Assembly: GCF_018350175.1 (NCBI RefSeq)
Contig: NC_058368.1
Location: 209,190,001-209,254,000 of the forward strand
Direction of reading: 5' to 3'
DNA from: Felis catus
Taxonomy: Eukaryota
DNA: 64,000 nucleotides
In this document: piece by piece, positions 1-13,849 of the stretch
Layout: each line of letters starts with the position of its first letter
Numbering within the stretch: the first letter of the stretch is position 1
Notes under the pieces: model-generated
Told to the model about the DNA's origin: nothing
Databases searched by the model: none
The model's input: only the letters and a program-made list of their open reading frames with translations
Translations under genes and position numbers: made by a program

Positions 1-771
1 CCTTTTATATGACTTAAACAAACTTAGAGCTTTCAAAAAATTTAAAAACTTAAAAAAAAAATTGCACCACTACTATTTCCTGACATTTTAAATAATGCAT
101 ACTTTATTGAGGTTTTATAGTAATTCATCCTTTCTACTAGGGCATTTACCAACCAAAACAGTTCATATTCATATATACAAACTCGCTATTAAAAGGGACC
201 AAAGTTTTTATTCTCCTCAAGTTTCCTGTCAATGCTCACAGACTCCAATCCAAGCACAAGATAAATTATGCCCATATCAGGTTTTGAACTTTCAAGAAAA
301 ATAAGTCAAACTTTGGATTCATGTGTTGAGATCAGCAGTCTGAGGATATAATACTATATCCAAGTCCAACAATACTAAATCAAGGAAGTTTAACACATTT
401 AATTCATCCACAAACATCACAGAAGAACTTGGTCCTGAGATAACGTTTCAAATTTTAAAAACGTAGTAACTCTTCACTGTAAGTCCTCTCAGGTGCTAAA
501 CGCATATGTGCTTTTACTAAGAAAAACTCTAGCAATTAAAAGTGATATTTTTAGGGTGCCTGGGTGGCTCAGTCTGTTAAGCATCTAACTGCAGCTCAGT
601 TATGATCTCATGGTTCGTGGGTTCCAGTCCTGCACTGGGCTCCACGCTGACAACTCAGAGACTGGAGCCTGCTTTGGATTCTGGGTCTCCCTCTCTCTAC
701 CCCTCCCCTACTTGTGTTCTCTAAATAAATAAATAAATAATGAATAAACAAATAATAAAAAATAAAAGTGA

Positions 772-1000
772 GGGGCGCCTGGGTGGCGCAGTCGGTTAAG
801 CGTCTGACTTCAGCCAGGTCACGATCTCGTGGTCCGTGAGTTCGAGCCCCGCGTCGGGCTCTGGGCTGATGGCTCAGAGCCTGGAGCCTGTTTCCGATTC
901 CATGTCTCCCTCTCTCTCTGCCCCTCCCCCCGTTCATGCTCTGTCTCTCTCTGTCCCAAAAATAAATAAACGTTCAAAAAAAGAAAATTTAAAAAAAAAT
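772..1000 (+). mobile_element. Young felid Can-SINE inserted in the tail of an older Can-SINE (553-770)
   Basis: tRNA-derived head ggggcgcctgggtggcgcagtcggttaagcg, (CT)n, A-tail; TSD aaaaataaaagtga. Confidence 0.92.
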
Positions 1001-1253
1001 AAAAGTGACATTTTTCAAGTACTTAACTGTTTAAAAAGTACTATGCCCGGGGCACCTGGGCGGCTCAGTCAGTTAAGCATCTGACTCTTGATTTAGGCTC
1101 AGGTCACCATCTCAGAGTTTGTGAGAGCGCGCTTCATGTGGGGCTCTGTGCTGACAGCACACAGCCTGCTTGGGATTCTCTCTCTCCCTCTCTCTGTATC
1201 TCCCTCACTAGCATGCATGTGCTCACTCTCTCTCTCTCTCAAAATAAACTTAA

Positions 1254-1288
<35 letters not shown>

Positions 1289-2264
1289 ATAGTACTATGC
1301 TCAACATCTTAATCCTTTCAAGAACCCTCTAAGGAAGACCTTATTATCACTTCCACCTAACAAAGAAATTAAGGCTCTAAATTTGAAAACTCATCCAACA
1401 TCATCTCTAACCTGATGTGTGGCTGACCCTCAAACCTAGGTCCTCCAACTCCAAATCCCAAGCTCTGTATCCATACAAAGGATTTTAAAACATTCTCCAA
1501 AGAAGGAGCGTTTTTCAAAAGGCAGTATTACAGTTCCAAATTCAATTTAACCTTCTCAAGTATATATTGAGAACTTATCCTGCAAGGCACGGTATAGGGA
1601 ACTATAGAACTTACTCAGGTGAATAAGGCAATCTCTGTGCCAAATGTTTCGTTATCACATGCTGAAAGAGGTAAATACAAGAATGCTATACTATAACAGT
1701 ATAAGCATTCACTAAAATGTTTAAAAATCAAGCGGTTAAAGCATTTGTAAATAGACCTCAAATACAAAATGTCTTTGTATCTTGTCTGATGATACCAAAT
1801 TATTTAATATTTTTAAGTATGCTAAGGTAAGAGGATCGGGGGGCACCTGGATGGCTCAGTTGGTTGGGCATCCGACTTTGGCTCAGGTCATGATCTCACA
1901 GTTCACAAGTTTGAGCCCTGCATCAGGCTGGCTGCTGTCAGCACAGAGCCCACTTCAGATCCTTCATCCCCCTCTGTCTCTGCCCCTCCACAACTTGTGC
2001 TGTCGCTCAAAAATAAACATTTTTTTTCAAGGATCTGTATCTCTTAAAAACATATACTAAAATATTTACAGGTGAAATAATGTCTCAGATTTGTGCCAAA
2101 ATAATCTGAGAGGGGAAGTAAATGGAAATAACACCAGCCATGAATTATTATAGTACTTAAATCCGTGTGATAAGAGTTCATTACCATACTTTTGTGTATT
2201 GTGTGTGAAATTTCACATAATGACAGTTTTTTTTAATAGTATATGTACATAGTGGGCCTCTCAT

Positions 2265-2296
<32 letters not shown>

Positions 2297-3294
2297 ACAA
2301 CTTATTCTTCCAAAGACCAAAAAAAATCACATGAAGCTCACTTTCCAAATATTAGGTATTACTGCTATATATCATTTTAAACCAAAAAGGACAACTGGCA
2401 GAACAACAGTCACTTAAATTTGTCTAAAAGTCCTATCTCTGATTTCTAGCCCGTTTTACTCTAACAGGATACATCTATTCCTTCTCCAATGTAACAACGA
2501 TCTGATTCAGATCCAAAGAAAGCAGTAGAGAAGTCAGTCTACTTGGAAGACCCCAAGGCGCTTTCCAGAATTGCCAACCACCTGGTATCAAACCAGACAG
2601 TCTGGAAATTAAGGCCTTCGTTACATGTGTGATACAATTCATTAATGCAGGGGTTCAACAGCAGCAGCCACATTCACTGTATGTCTCAATTTTCTAAACT
2701 GAGTCAACACTCAGTGGTGTACACAGCTCTGAGTGCCACCTCTCGCCCAGCCTTCCAAATACTGGTTCCGCTGTAAGCAGGAAAAGAAAAAAATGAAATG
2801 AAAATCAGATAAAGGTGAAAGGAGAGGTAATAAAGAAACTGCTATTCTGATTCTTACAAATTAATTTAGAATCCTTGCTTGTTCATAGCACACACTTCAG
2901 AAAGATTTTAGCATCCAGGCTTTCTTACCCTACTTAGATGCAACTTTTTACATTAAAAAAAAATAACCTCTGCTTCCAAACGAACGAACACATGTGGTCT
3001 TTTAACAATTTTGAATTTTTTTTTTCTGTTTTTTTAGAAAGAAAGCGCACGGGAGCGGGGCCGAGGGAGAGAGAGAGAATCTTAAGCAGACTCCACACTC
3101 AGCACGTAGCCAGACAGAGGGCTTGGATCCCACAACCCTGGATCATGACCTGAGTCCAAATCAAGAGTCTTGGATACTCAACCGACTGAGCCACCCAGGC
3201 ACCCCTTTCTCAGTCTTCTATAATTGTTGATATACTTGTTTAAAGCGTGTACAGGATTTAAACCAATAAAAAAGGACATAACTGTACTTCTTAC

Positions 3295-3378
3295 CCAGTG
3301 TTTTCCGACTTCTCTCCACAGCCGTTCTTCGTGTTTGTTCAAACATTGCTTCCAAATCAAATGTTCGAGCTTTTTTTC
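3295..3378 (-). CDS. WDR70: WDR70 coding exon 3 (KKARTFDLEAMFEQTRRTAVERSRKTL)
   Basis: Acceptor gtttctgtttAG, donor CTGG|GTAAGA, 84 nt, in frame with exon 2. The gene continues beyond position 1. Confidence 0.95.
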
Positions 3379-3616
3379 CTAAACAGAAACAAGTAGCAGA
3401 CTGTGATCTTCTTGCACTAAGCTGGGCAAACTTTAGGTACTCAATAGATACTTATAACCATTTAGTCTGTTTCATTTATAGCATGGCTACAAGATAAGTA
3501 TCTAAGAAGAACGAGTTTATTTCAGGGAATTTTTACTGACAGTCTCATCATTCACCAGCCAACTTTCCCATCCTCCTCTAATCCCCTGGACTCTACCCCT
3601 TAAACCTAACACTGCT

Positions 3617-4015
3617 GTCATAGGCAGAACGGAGAATGTTCACACCCTAATCTTGGGAACCTGTGAATATGTTATATTACACAGCAAAAGGGACTTTGTA
3701 GATGTAATTAAGGTTATGGACTTTAAAATAGATTATCCTGGTTTAAAACAGAAGATTGTCTTAATCTAAATCACAGAAGCCCTTGCAAGCAAAGATGCAG
3801 AACAGATACAGCAGAAGTCAGGGAGATATAAAGTGTGAGAAGGACTGGACACACTACTTCATTTTAAGATCAAGGCAGCAAGATGACAAGTAATTCAGGT
3901 ACCTTAAGGAGCTAAGAGACTCCCACCTGACAGCCACTAAGGAAACTGGGGCCTCAACCCTAAAACCACAGGAAATCAAATTCTCACAACAACCTGAATG
4001 AGTTTGGAAGCAATA
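3617..4015 (+). mobile_element. MaLR LTR (MLT1D-like)
   Basis: Characteristic text 'ggaacctgtgaatatgttatattac...gggactttgtagatgtaattaagg' and 'caacaacctgaatgagtttggaagc'. Confidence 0.7.
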
Positions 4016-5412
4016 TATTTGTTTTCATCGTGTTTTTTTATAGTAATGTCTACTCCATGTTAATAAGAATATGGTAAAAATGTCATTCTTACGTGATACT
4101 GACTTTTGTATAAATTGAAACAAACTTTCTGAAGGGCATTATGACAAAAGTGTATCCGTTTTAAAAGACATATACCCAAATTTTTGGTTACTTTTTAATA
4201 TTTATATGTTTTATTATAGTCCATTCTTTAGAAAACTACCCTATGAAAACACACAAAAGTTCCTTTTACAAGACATGAAAGTTATTTATAAAAATATTAA
4301 CTTTAGTGTTACTGAAAAAAATTAGAATTAGAAACTATGTAGGAGAAAGTTTAAAATATTACAAATTATGCATTTATGTTAAATGGACTACTATTCAGCC
4401 ATTTTGAAAGAGCATTTTATAACATGGGAAAATCCTTAGAGTATTACGAATTAAATAAAGCATATAATTAAGAGTAATATAAACTTGTACACACATATGA
4501 TCTTAAGTTTCTTGATAAATACACAACAGGGAAAACTGGAAAACAAAGTTCTAGGTCTTGATTTCTAGATCACGAGATTATTAATGGCTTTACTTTCTTC
4601 TTTCTCATCTTTTGTGTTCTTCAGATTTCCTGCTATTAATATATGTTACTTTTGACATCAGAGAAGAAGCTAAAGAACTGAAACAAAGTAAGTACTGTAA
4701 TAATACATAAGTATGCAGTATTTTTGCAAAAACAACTACCTAGAAGTAAAAATGTGGCATAAGACATTACCATAATAGATGGGTAAATGAACACCAACAA
4801 GAGACCTGGACACATTAGCCTGATATCTGTTCTGTCCAAAACCCAAAAGAAATGGAACAACAATTTACGTCGCTTTCTTACAGTAATGTTTTCAACAGAT
4901 GACTACATCTCTGTTTGAAATGTTTTTCTTTATCTCATAACTAGGCTTCACAGAGAGATTGAAGCAACGATGCCGGGGAAGAAAAGCTTGAATCAAAAAG
5001 GATTTAATAACCGTTATAATATCACTTAACGGCTCACCTGTTGCCAGAAAGGCCATCTCGTTACAGACCACGGTCAATGGTTAGCTCTCAGTCTCTGGAC
5101 ACAAAAAGACAACTCCCTCCACCAACCAATACCGTCCACCACGTGGGTCAGTCACAAAGCTACCTTTCTCTCTTACAAGGCTTTCCACTCGTGTCACCTG
5201 AGCTGGTCCCAACAGACAGGCAAGAATTGGAAAATGGATGGACAATACCCAGAAATTGCAAGGTATACACACTAGAGTTAAAGTAACTAGGACTTGGCAC
5301 AACGGAGGGTGCGGAACAGAGGTGACAGCTGGGCCTCCCCTCTCAACCTGCGGTTCTTAAAACCTGTGCAAAAAAAAAAGGAGACGGAGCTAAGCGTAAG
5401 GCAGTCACTTAC

Positions 5413-5478
5413 CGAACCCGGTGAAGCCCATAGTGACCGCCAGCTGCGGATCCGGTCCCGACGCGTCTGAGCCTGTCA
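5413..5478 (-). CDS. WDR70: WDR70 coding exon 2 (VTGSDASGPDPQLAVTMGFTGFG)
   Basis: Acceptor ttctcctcttgccccAG, donor TTCG|GTAAGT, 66 nt. The peptide matches WDR70. Intron 1 is only 97 nt. Confidence 0.95.
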
Positions 5479-5575
5479 CTGGGGCAAGAGGAGAAGGAGG
5501 AGACCTCGTTAGTGCGGCGACGCCGGCACCCGCTGGCCCTACCCACCCTGCCTAGGATCGCCCCACGGAACCCAC

Positions 5576-5600
5576 CTTCACTGGGCCCCGGGCGTTCCAT
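5576..5600 (-). CDS. WDR70: WDR70 coding exon 1 (MERPGPSE+G)
   Basis: ATG at 5600-5598 in a CpG island. The peptide matches the recalled mammalian WDR70 N-terminus (human MERSGPSEV). Donor GAAG|GTGGG at 5575. Confidence 0.93.
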
Positions 5601-6084
5601 GGCCGGCCGCCTGCCGCAGAACGAGCCACAGCCACAGAACAAGCAGCTGCGAAAGACTCCCGGCAAAACCAGCAGGAACTATCGCCTTTCAGGTACTGCG
5701 CCGCCTCCGGGGCCAAGAGCGTCACCTTCCGCGAAGGGATCGCGGCCCCCGGAGCTGCGCCGCCCTAGCGGGCTGGCGGGGCATAAGCACCGCAGAGACT
5801 ACCTGCTAACTCCGCCCACTGGCTGGGAACATCACCTAGTTTTGTCAACACCCTTTCTTTTCTTTTTTTTTTTTTTTTTGTATTTTGTAGATTTTATTCC
5901 ATGACTATATATTATTGGTATACTAAGCATCTAGAAAAGATAGAGAAAGAATGAGTCCACAGGTCTTTCAAGGAACAAGTAAACCTTGTGGTTTACTTGT
6001 GGAAGCCCTCAGACTTTATTTCTCAATCTTGGCTGCATAGTAGTATGCAAAACACCTGGAGAGGTGTTTTGTTCTGTTTCATAT

Positions 6085-6530
6085 TTTTTATTCAAGTATA
6101 GTGGACACACAAAGTTACACTAGTTTCAGACATACAGCATAGTGATTCAACTAATCTGTATATTGTGCCCACAAGTGTAACTACCATCTGTCACCATACA
6201 ACACTATTACAACACCATTGATTAGATTCCCTTTGCTGTGCCTCTTGTCTCCATGACCTATTCATTCATTCCATAAGTGGAAGCCTCTGTCTCACACACC
6301 CTTTCCCCTCTTTTGCCCAACCTCCTTCCCTCTGACAACCATCAGTTTGTTCGTTGCATATATGGGTCTGTTTCTGCATTTTGCTCATGTGTTTGTTCAT
6401 TTCTTAGATTCTATATATGAGTAAAATCATATGGTGTTTGTCTTTCTTTGTCTTATTTCTCTTAGTATAATACCCTCTAGGTCCATCCATATTGTTGCAA
6501 ATGGCAAGATCTCATACTATTTTTGTGAGC
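6085..6530 (-). mobile_element. Carnivore L1 3' UTR fragment
   Basis: Antisense L1 3' end text 'taccctctaggtccatccatattgttgcaaatggcaagat'. Confidence 0.75.
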
Positions 6531-8034
6531 ATCCTTTATTTTTCAAGGTGCATTTACTGCCAAGATGACACAATCCTCACAGAACTCTAAAGAAAAGCCA
6601 ATATACTCCCTTTCTTTGTGTTTTGTCCTTCTCTATGAGGAAACCCTCACAACTCTCCACATTTTAGGTATATTTTAATTAAAAAATGTGTATTTACTAC
6701 ATGACCAACAAGCACATGGAAGCCAAAAAGACTTGAGTTGCTGTAAGAGTTGTCAAAAAATGCTCTAAGGCTCATATTCTTAGCCCAAGCCTCCCCTGTT
6801 AGGCATGATTGGTTATAGAGTTTCCCAGCTCACAGCAAGCATTCCCAAAGCACTTGACTCACATACTTACTATATTTTCACTTCATATTGGTTTTTAATT
6901 CCTTCACAACATAACTCCTTATCTGAAGTTCAAACTAATGGTATATTATTTAACTATATACTTCGGAATTCTAGCAAAACCATGTATAGTCCTAATAAGT
7001 GTTGCTGAATAAAAATATTTTTATAGAATTACTCATTGGCCCCACTATTACCTTAGTCTCCTATTTCAAATTATGCTTTAGCTGTACCCACTAAATGATA
7101 ATTATCAAGTCTAATATCATTTCCATTGCTCTTAAAATAAAATGCAAAATTACCAACATGTCCCTCAAAGCTTTTTGAACCTCATTTTTTCTATTTTCCA
7201 CTGTACCTGTCTTCTCTAAACAGCTTCAGAACATCATGACCTGAAAACTCTGACTCTTCACCAATCCCTATACCCTTCATTGAATTCTACTTATTCTTCA
7301 AACTCAAACTTCAGTGCTCTTCTAAGCATTTACAGGCCTTTATAGACCTCCAAGTAAATTAGACCCCTCTAACTATCATGTAATCTAGTACTCTTCTTTA
7401 ATAGCATGATGACTAGATGGTCACTCAGTTTTTAGCAAATAAATGGGAAAAAAAATGTGGTGCCTTGGTGGCTCAGTTGGTTAAGCATCTGACTCTTGGT
7501 TTCAGCTCAGGTCATGATCTCCCAGTTTGTAAGTTAGAACCCCGTGTTGGGCGTTGCCCTAGCACCACAGCACCTGCTTAGGATTCTGTTTCCCTCTCTC
7601 TCTGCCCTCCCCCACTTGCTCTCTATCTCTCTTTCAAAATAAATAAAAATAAACTTAAAAAATGTTTAATGAAAGAAAAAAATGAATGAATAAGAGAAAA
7701 AAAGTAGTTGTGAAGACAAAAGTTACTCCTCTTTTATGAAGGATGTTTTATAGCTTGGGACAACAACGTTTGGTTTAATCCTGAGATTACTCAACCTCTA
7801 AAGTCAAAAGCCAATGTGAACTCCAATCAATACGGCCAGTTGATTATGCCTTTAACAAAGTGATATTAATGCCATTGTCTCTTCTCTGAGTACAAATAAG
7901 CAGGCCTTAGGTTGTAAAATAGAACTTTATGAATACAACTCATTAAGAAAACCATTGCCCAAGCTTATAACTAGCTATTTCAGCTCCTTGGTAGTCAAGG
8001 ATTTATAGATGAGAACTTGAGAAAATATATAATT

Positions 8035-9665
8035 TTTTTCTTTTTATTAAGACTTTAATTTTTTAGAGCAGTTTAAGGTCCACAAAATAAAATCGAAGGG
8101 AAGTTACAGAGATGTCCCATACGTCCCCTTGCCCTTACACATGCATAGCTTTCCCCATTATCAATATCCCCCACCTGGTGGTACACATTTTATAGTTGAT
8201 GAAACTACACTAACACATCATGATCACCACAGTCCATAGTTTACATAGGGTTCACTCATGGTGCTGTACATTCTATGGTTTATGACAAATGTATAATGAT
8301 GTGTAATCATCATTATGGTATCAACATTATGATATGCTTATTCAACCTTCCTCTCCCTCCTCCAACCCCGACCAACCACTGGCATTTTTACTGTCTCCAT
8401 AATTTTACCTTTTCTAGAATGACATATACTTGGAATCGTACAGTATATAGCTTTTTTCAGATTGGCTTCTCTCACTTAGTAATATATATTTAAGTTTCCT
8501 TCATGTCTTTTCATGACTTAATAACTCATTTCTTTTGAGTACTGTTTAATATTCCATTGTCTGGATATACTACCATTTACTTATCCTATTTCACCTACTG
8601 AAGGACATCTTGGTTGCCTCTAAGTTTTGGCAATTATGAATAAAGCTGCTATAAACATCATGTGCAGGTTTTGTGTGGACATAGTTTTCAATTTATTTAG
8701 GTAAATAGCAAGGACCAGGATTTCTGAGTAATATAGTAAAAATATGTTTAATTTGTAAGAAACTGCCAAACTGTCTTCCAAAGTGGCTGTGCCACTTTAC
8801 ATTTTCACTAGCAATGAATGAGAGATCCTATTCTGCCACATCTTCACCAGCATTTGGTATGTCAGATATTGGCCCCTCTAATAGGTACCTAGTGGTATCT
8901 TATTGTTTTGATTTGCATTTCCTGGATGACATATGATGTGGAGCATCTTTTTATATGCTTAATTGCTATCTGTATATCTTTGGTGAAGTGTCTTAAAGTC
9001 TTTAGCCCATTTTTTAGTCAGATTGTTTTCTTATTATTGACTTTTTAAGAGTTCTTTGTATCTTTGGATTACAATCCTTTATCAGATGTCTTTTGCAAAT
9101 ATCATCTCCCAGTCCGTGTCTTGTCTTCTCATTCTCTTGATGTTGTCTTTTGCAGAGCAAAAGTTTTTAATTAAAAAAAAAATTTAATGTTTTTATTTAT
9201 TTTTGAGAGAGACAGAGCACAAGTAGGGGAGGAGCAGAGAGAGAGGGAGACACAGAATCTGAAGCAATCTCTGGGCTGTCAGCACAAAGCCCTACGTGGG
9301 GCTTGAACTCATGAATCGCGAGGTCATGACCTAAGCTGAAGTCAGATGCTCAACAGCTCAACCGACTGAGCCACCCAGAGCACCCAAGTTTTTAATTTTA
9401 ATGAAGGGCGGTTTATCATTATTTCTTTCATGGGTCATGTCACTGGCATTGTATCTAAAAAGTCATTGCCTTATCCGAAGTTACATACATTTTCTTCTAT
9501 GTTATCTTCTAGTAGTTTTATAGCTTAGTGTTTTACATTTAGGTTAATGATCCATTTTGAGTTAATTTTTGTGACAGGTATAATGTCTGTGTCTAGATTC
9601 ATTTTTTTTTTTTTTTTTTTGCATATGGGTGTCTAATAGTTTCAGCACCATTTGTTGAGAACATT
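8035..9665 (-). mobile_element. Old L1 (L1M-type) 3' UTR plus ORF2 C-terminal remnant, interrupted by a Can-SINE at ~9175-9385
   Basis: Degenerate antisense L1 motifs (aactgccaaactgtcttccaaagtggctgt; gtggtatcttattgttttgatttgcatttc). The SINE is flanked by duplicated aagtttttaatt. Confidence 0.75.
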
Positions 9666-10589
9666 CCATTGTAGATATATAACATTTTAAACTGCAAAGT
9701 GCTGGAGAAAAAAAAGAAAAATGGAAGATATATATCAACAACCAGTAGAAGTAGATAATCATGATCATTACAGAAAAATCACAAAAATTTATTGTGATAA
9801 AAAAAAGAAACAATAATTGCACTACCGGAGACTTCTGCACTAAGCTGTTTTTTTTTTTTTTTTCTGGCTTTGCCTGCATGAAACGTCTTCATAATAAAAG
9901 TGGTAAGTGTGCCAGAGTAACCTTGATTTTCTTGGTGCAAAGTAAAATTATTTATGAATCAAATATTTGAGAGGCAGGATAGCATAGCATTAACCAAATG
10001 AGTTCCAGAACTAGAATGTCTCAGCTCAAATCCTGATTCTAGTAATGTAATTTTGATGATTTACTTCGTCTCTCTGTGCTTTAAATAGTTCACCAGTTAA
10101 GTGGATAAGGATAGCACCTATCACCTCGTAGATTTTTCTGATGACTGAATGAGTTAATTTTCAAAAAGCAATTAGAATAGTGCCTGGCATGTATTGCACA
10201 CCCAATAAACGTTGGCCATTTTTTAAAAATTTTTTAATGTCTTATTTATTTTTGAGAGAGAGGGAGACAGAGTGCAAGCCGGAGAGGGGCAGAGAGAAAG
10301 GGAGACACAGCATCTGAAGCAGCTTCCAGGCTCTGAGCTGTCAGCACAGAGCACGACAAACCCACGAACTGCAAGATCATGACCTGAGCTGAAGTCCAGT
10401 ACTCAACCAACTGAGCTACCCAGGCGCCCCAAATGTTGGCCATTATTAAGTGCCAGATACTAGTGAGAGTAGTGAAGACATAAAGTATAGTCTCTGCCCT
10501 CATGGAATTTCCATTCTAATGAGGATATTTTTAAAAACCCTAAGTGCCTCATGGGGCTAGATAATCTACTTAAATAGAGAGCTACTTGA

Positions 10590-11940
10590 GTAGTAGTTCT
10601 CAAAGTGTATTCTGCAGGTTCCTTTAAAGGTGTTCATGAGATCAAAGTTATTTTCATAATACTAAGACATCATTTGCCTTTTTCACCCTATTGACATTTG
10701 CACTGATGATGCAGAAGCAACAGTGGGTAAAATTGCTGGTACCTCAGCATAATTCAAGGCAGTGACAAGCAAATTGTCGTAGTAGTTCTTGTATTCCTCA
10801 CTGTTATATACCTATTTTAAACAAAAATGAATGAAATGAGTGTCACTTTGAGGAAGACAACTCATTGTACTTGTTACTAATGAAAATTAGAGCACTTAAG
10901 AGAAAATCAGAATCTTGAAAAATTCATCAAGATTGTATCAAGGTTGGAAAAAAAGATTGTATCAACTAGCATAAGCTTAACAACTCCCCAATACTTATAA
11001 GATTTTTTTTTATTAAGATAGATTAACACCATCATTTTTTTCTATTGGTTAATGAAATAGGTCAACATTTGGAAGTTCTGCGTTACTTAGAGAACCAGTA
11101 TTTCCCAAATGACCAACATATAATGTTTCAGAATCATGCATGGATAGAAGGTCCATTCAAAATACAAGATAGACAAGTGGTTCTTAACAAATTTCAAAAA
11201 AAAAATCACTGATGGTTTCAAATTCCACATCATAACTAACCTTTAAGAAACTGTACCACTTGTCAAGTTCGTGTATACGATCAAAGAAGAACTTTCACAT
11301 CTGAGAAGTTATTAAAAGACCTCTTATTTTCCCACTACATAACTGTGTGAGGCCTGCTTTTCTTCATATACTTCAAGTAAACAACATATCACAACATATT
11401 GATGGCAGATGCAGATATGAAAATCTAGTTAACTTATCTTCTTAAGCCAGACATTTAAGAGATTTGCAAAAATGTAAAATAATGCCATTCTTCTAATAGT
11501 TTTATTTTATTTTTTTATTTTTTAGTGTTTATTTTTGAGAGAGAGAGAGAGAGAGAGCACAAGCAGGGGAGGAGCAGAGAGAGAGGGAGACACAGAATCC
11601 GAAACAGGCTCCAGGTTCCGAGCTGTCAGCACAGAGCCCGAGTGGGGTTCGAACTCACAAACTGTAAGATCATGACCTGAGCAGAAGTTTGACGCTGAAC
11701 TGACTGAGCCACCCAGGCGCCCCTAATATTTTAGTTTTAGAAATATGGTGATTTTTCATGAAGTATGTATCATTTATATTAAAATGGATTAGGCTTATAC
11801 TTTATTTTTTTAGGCTCATTCTTTTAAATGACTTTTTAAATTTCTAATTTTTAGGAGACATTTAGCAACTATTAACAAATATAACCCACACAAACAAAAA
11901 CTCTTCGTAATCCTTAATAATTATTAAGATTCTCAATAGT
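10590..11940. mobile_element. hAT-Charlie1-type DNA transposon remnant, with an inserted Can-SINE at ~11505-11723
   Basis: Starts with 'agtagttctcaaagtgt' and contains the Charlie1-like 'ttgacatttgcactgatgatgcagaagcaacagtgggtaaaattgctggt'. Confidence 0.65.
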
Positions 11941-12376
11941 CTTGATTCCACAACCCTAGGGTCATGACCTGAGCTGAAATCAAGAGTTGGACGCTCAACC
12001 AAGTGAGACACCCAGGAGTGTGTTACTAATTATTAGACTAATGTTGCCAGATCATCCAATTTGTGGAATTGGAAACTCTCAATTGTGTATTTTATCTCAA
12101 ATTAAAAACAAACAAACACTGTACCAGACCATTAGTTTTCAATCTATGGTCTACCAAATAAGAAAATCGATAGCTGGAGACCCATCTGCTTGTTTATCCA
12201 TGAACAATATAAACCTATTTTTTCCTGGTATATTTACTATGAGGTATAAAATTATACTTATAGACCTGTAATGTTATAGAGATTTTAACATTCAGAAATT
12301 CAGTCAACCCCTTATTTGAGGGAATAAAAAATAATTCAAGTAGCAAAAGATTATAGTTTAGCAAAGGCCATAGTTT

Positions 12377-12855
12377 TGTATCCTGGACACACAGGCACAA
12401 GAGCATCTGGCTCAAGGGATCCCAAACACAGGAGGTTCGGCCACTTGCCACTGACAAAATCCAAAGGCAGAGAGACCAGCAATGGTAAAACAAGAAAGGA
12501 ATGTATGTCAGTAAGGCCAACACCCGGAAGACAGCAGACTAGCGTCTCAAAGACTATCTCCAAAGTGCTGAAAATTACTTCTTAGGTTCATGTAAGTAAA
12601 ATGTGAGACAAAGGTCAGTAAGTATGTGCAAGTGGGTAGCAAAGGTCAGGTCAACCATTATCTCGGGGGTCAAATACAGATGGGGTCTTGCTGGCTCAGG
12701 ACAGTCCTTATTGCTTGAGGGGGTAGTTTCAGTTCCCATCACAGGATGGTTTGCCAGCAGGATCTTTTGCCTGACTTAAGAGATATGCTGGAAAGATGAA
12801 CTTAATCAATTAGAAAGTTTGAGATCAAAATGAAGGTAGCTGAAGTCCTCTTTCA
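12377..12855 (-). mobile_element. Solo ERV1-like LTR
   Basis: TG...CA termini with 4-bp target site duplication GTTT (12373-12376 / 12856-12859); 479 bp; LTR-like U5/polyA-region text on the minus strand. Confidence 0.65.
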
Positions 12856-13849
12856 GTTTAGCTAGTCAATAAGGAGTAATGCATTCACTGACTAGCTAGA
12901 CTATGAAGAATATAACTGGATGAAGCTTACTTAAGTATGGTTCTAAATAAGGACTAAATGAGGACAGCTACTGTTTCCAAATAAGGATTGCTTTTTGAAT
13001 GAGTACTTTATTTGACCACTCAAGTTGCCTTCTGTATGAAATGAGGTCTATCTCTCCTTGCTCGTTTCTTATTCTTCTGCAGTTAATACACACCTCATAA
13101 AAAATTAGAGTGATACACTTTACTGCTTTACTTTGTGTGTCCCTGCATGAATCATGCACCTCAAGGACAGGAATGTGTCAGTGTGATAGTCCCAGCACCA
13201 GGCACAGTGGGTGACACAAATTATAAATTCAATTTTTATAGTACTTGGAGATCTATTAGGTGGCTTACTTTATACCAGTCCCTCTAATTTGTGCTGGGGG
13301 ATCAAACGATGAATTAGAACACTCTTCTTCATCTCTGTAATGAGAAATAAAGGAAGGCAGCCACCCCCTGCATGGAACAGTAAACAGACAATTCTTAAAG
13401 TTTTGTTGTTGTTGTTGTTGACGGTGGGGGTGGTGGGGAGACACAAGTCGGGGAGGGACAAAGAGAGAGGTGAACAATCCCAAGCAGAGCTGGAAGCAGG
13501 GCTCCAACTCACAAAGTGTGAGATCATGACCTGAGGGAAAATCAAGAGTCAGATGCTTAATGACTGAGCCACCCAGGAGGTCCTACAATTCTTTATAGTA
13601 ATGGTAACCACACACAAATAGAAAAGCCTGATGAATTTTTTTTTAAGTAGGTTCCAGGCACAAAGTGGGGCTTGAACTCAGGATCCAGACATCAAGAGTT
13701 GCATGCTCTGATGACTGAGCCGGCCAGAAAAGAATTTTAATTTACACTGAAGCCTGTAAGATATATAGTGGAATTTTGGTTCCCATGTGAACTCCTACCA
13801 ACTACTATCCGCTCTCACAACAGAAGTTATTTGGAGTACCAAAGAAATT

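Larger units (their letters stand above)
5310..5830. promoter_or_regulatory. CpG island / WDR70 promoter and 5' end
   Basis: High GC and CpG density around WDR70 exons 1-2, with GC-box-like CCGCCC motifs (e.g. ~5812). Confidence 0.85.

Noticed and set aside
772..850. tRNA-like A/B box sequences
   Set aside because: These are tRNA-derived Can-SINE heads, not tRNA genes.
608..1084. Recurring short ORFs such as MAQSVKRPTSAQVMIS... and ...HGPRDRDLAEV...
   Set aside because: Translations of Can-SINE sequence, repeated dozens of times in the window.
5409..5904. ORFs 5409..5666 and 5512..5904
   Set aside because: CpG-island ORFs. Only MERPGPSE is real coding sequence (WDR70 exon 1); the rest is UTR, intron or antisense.
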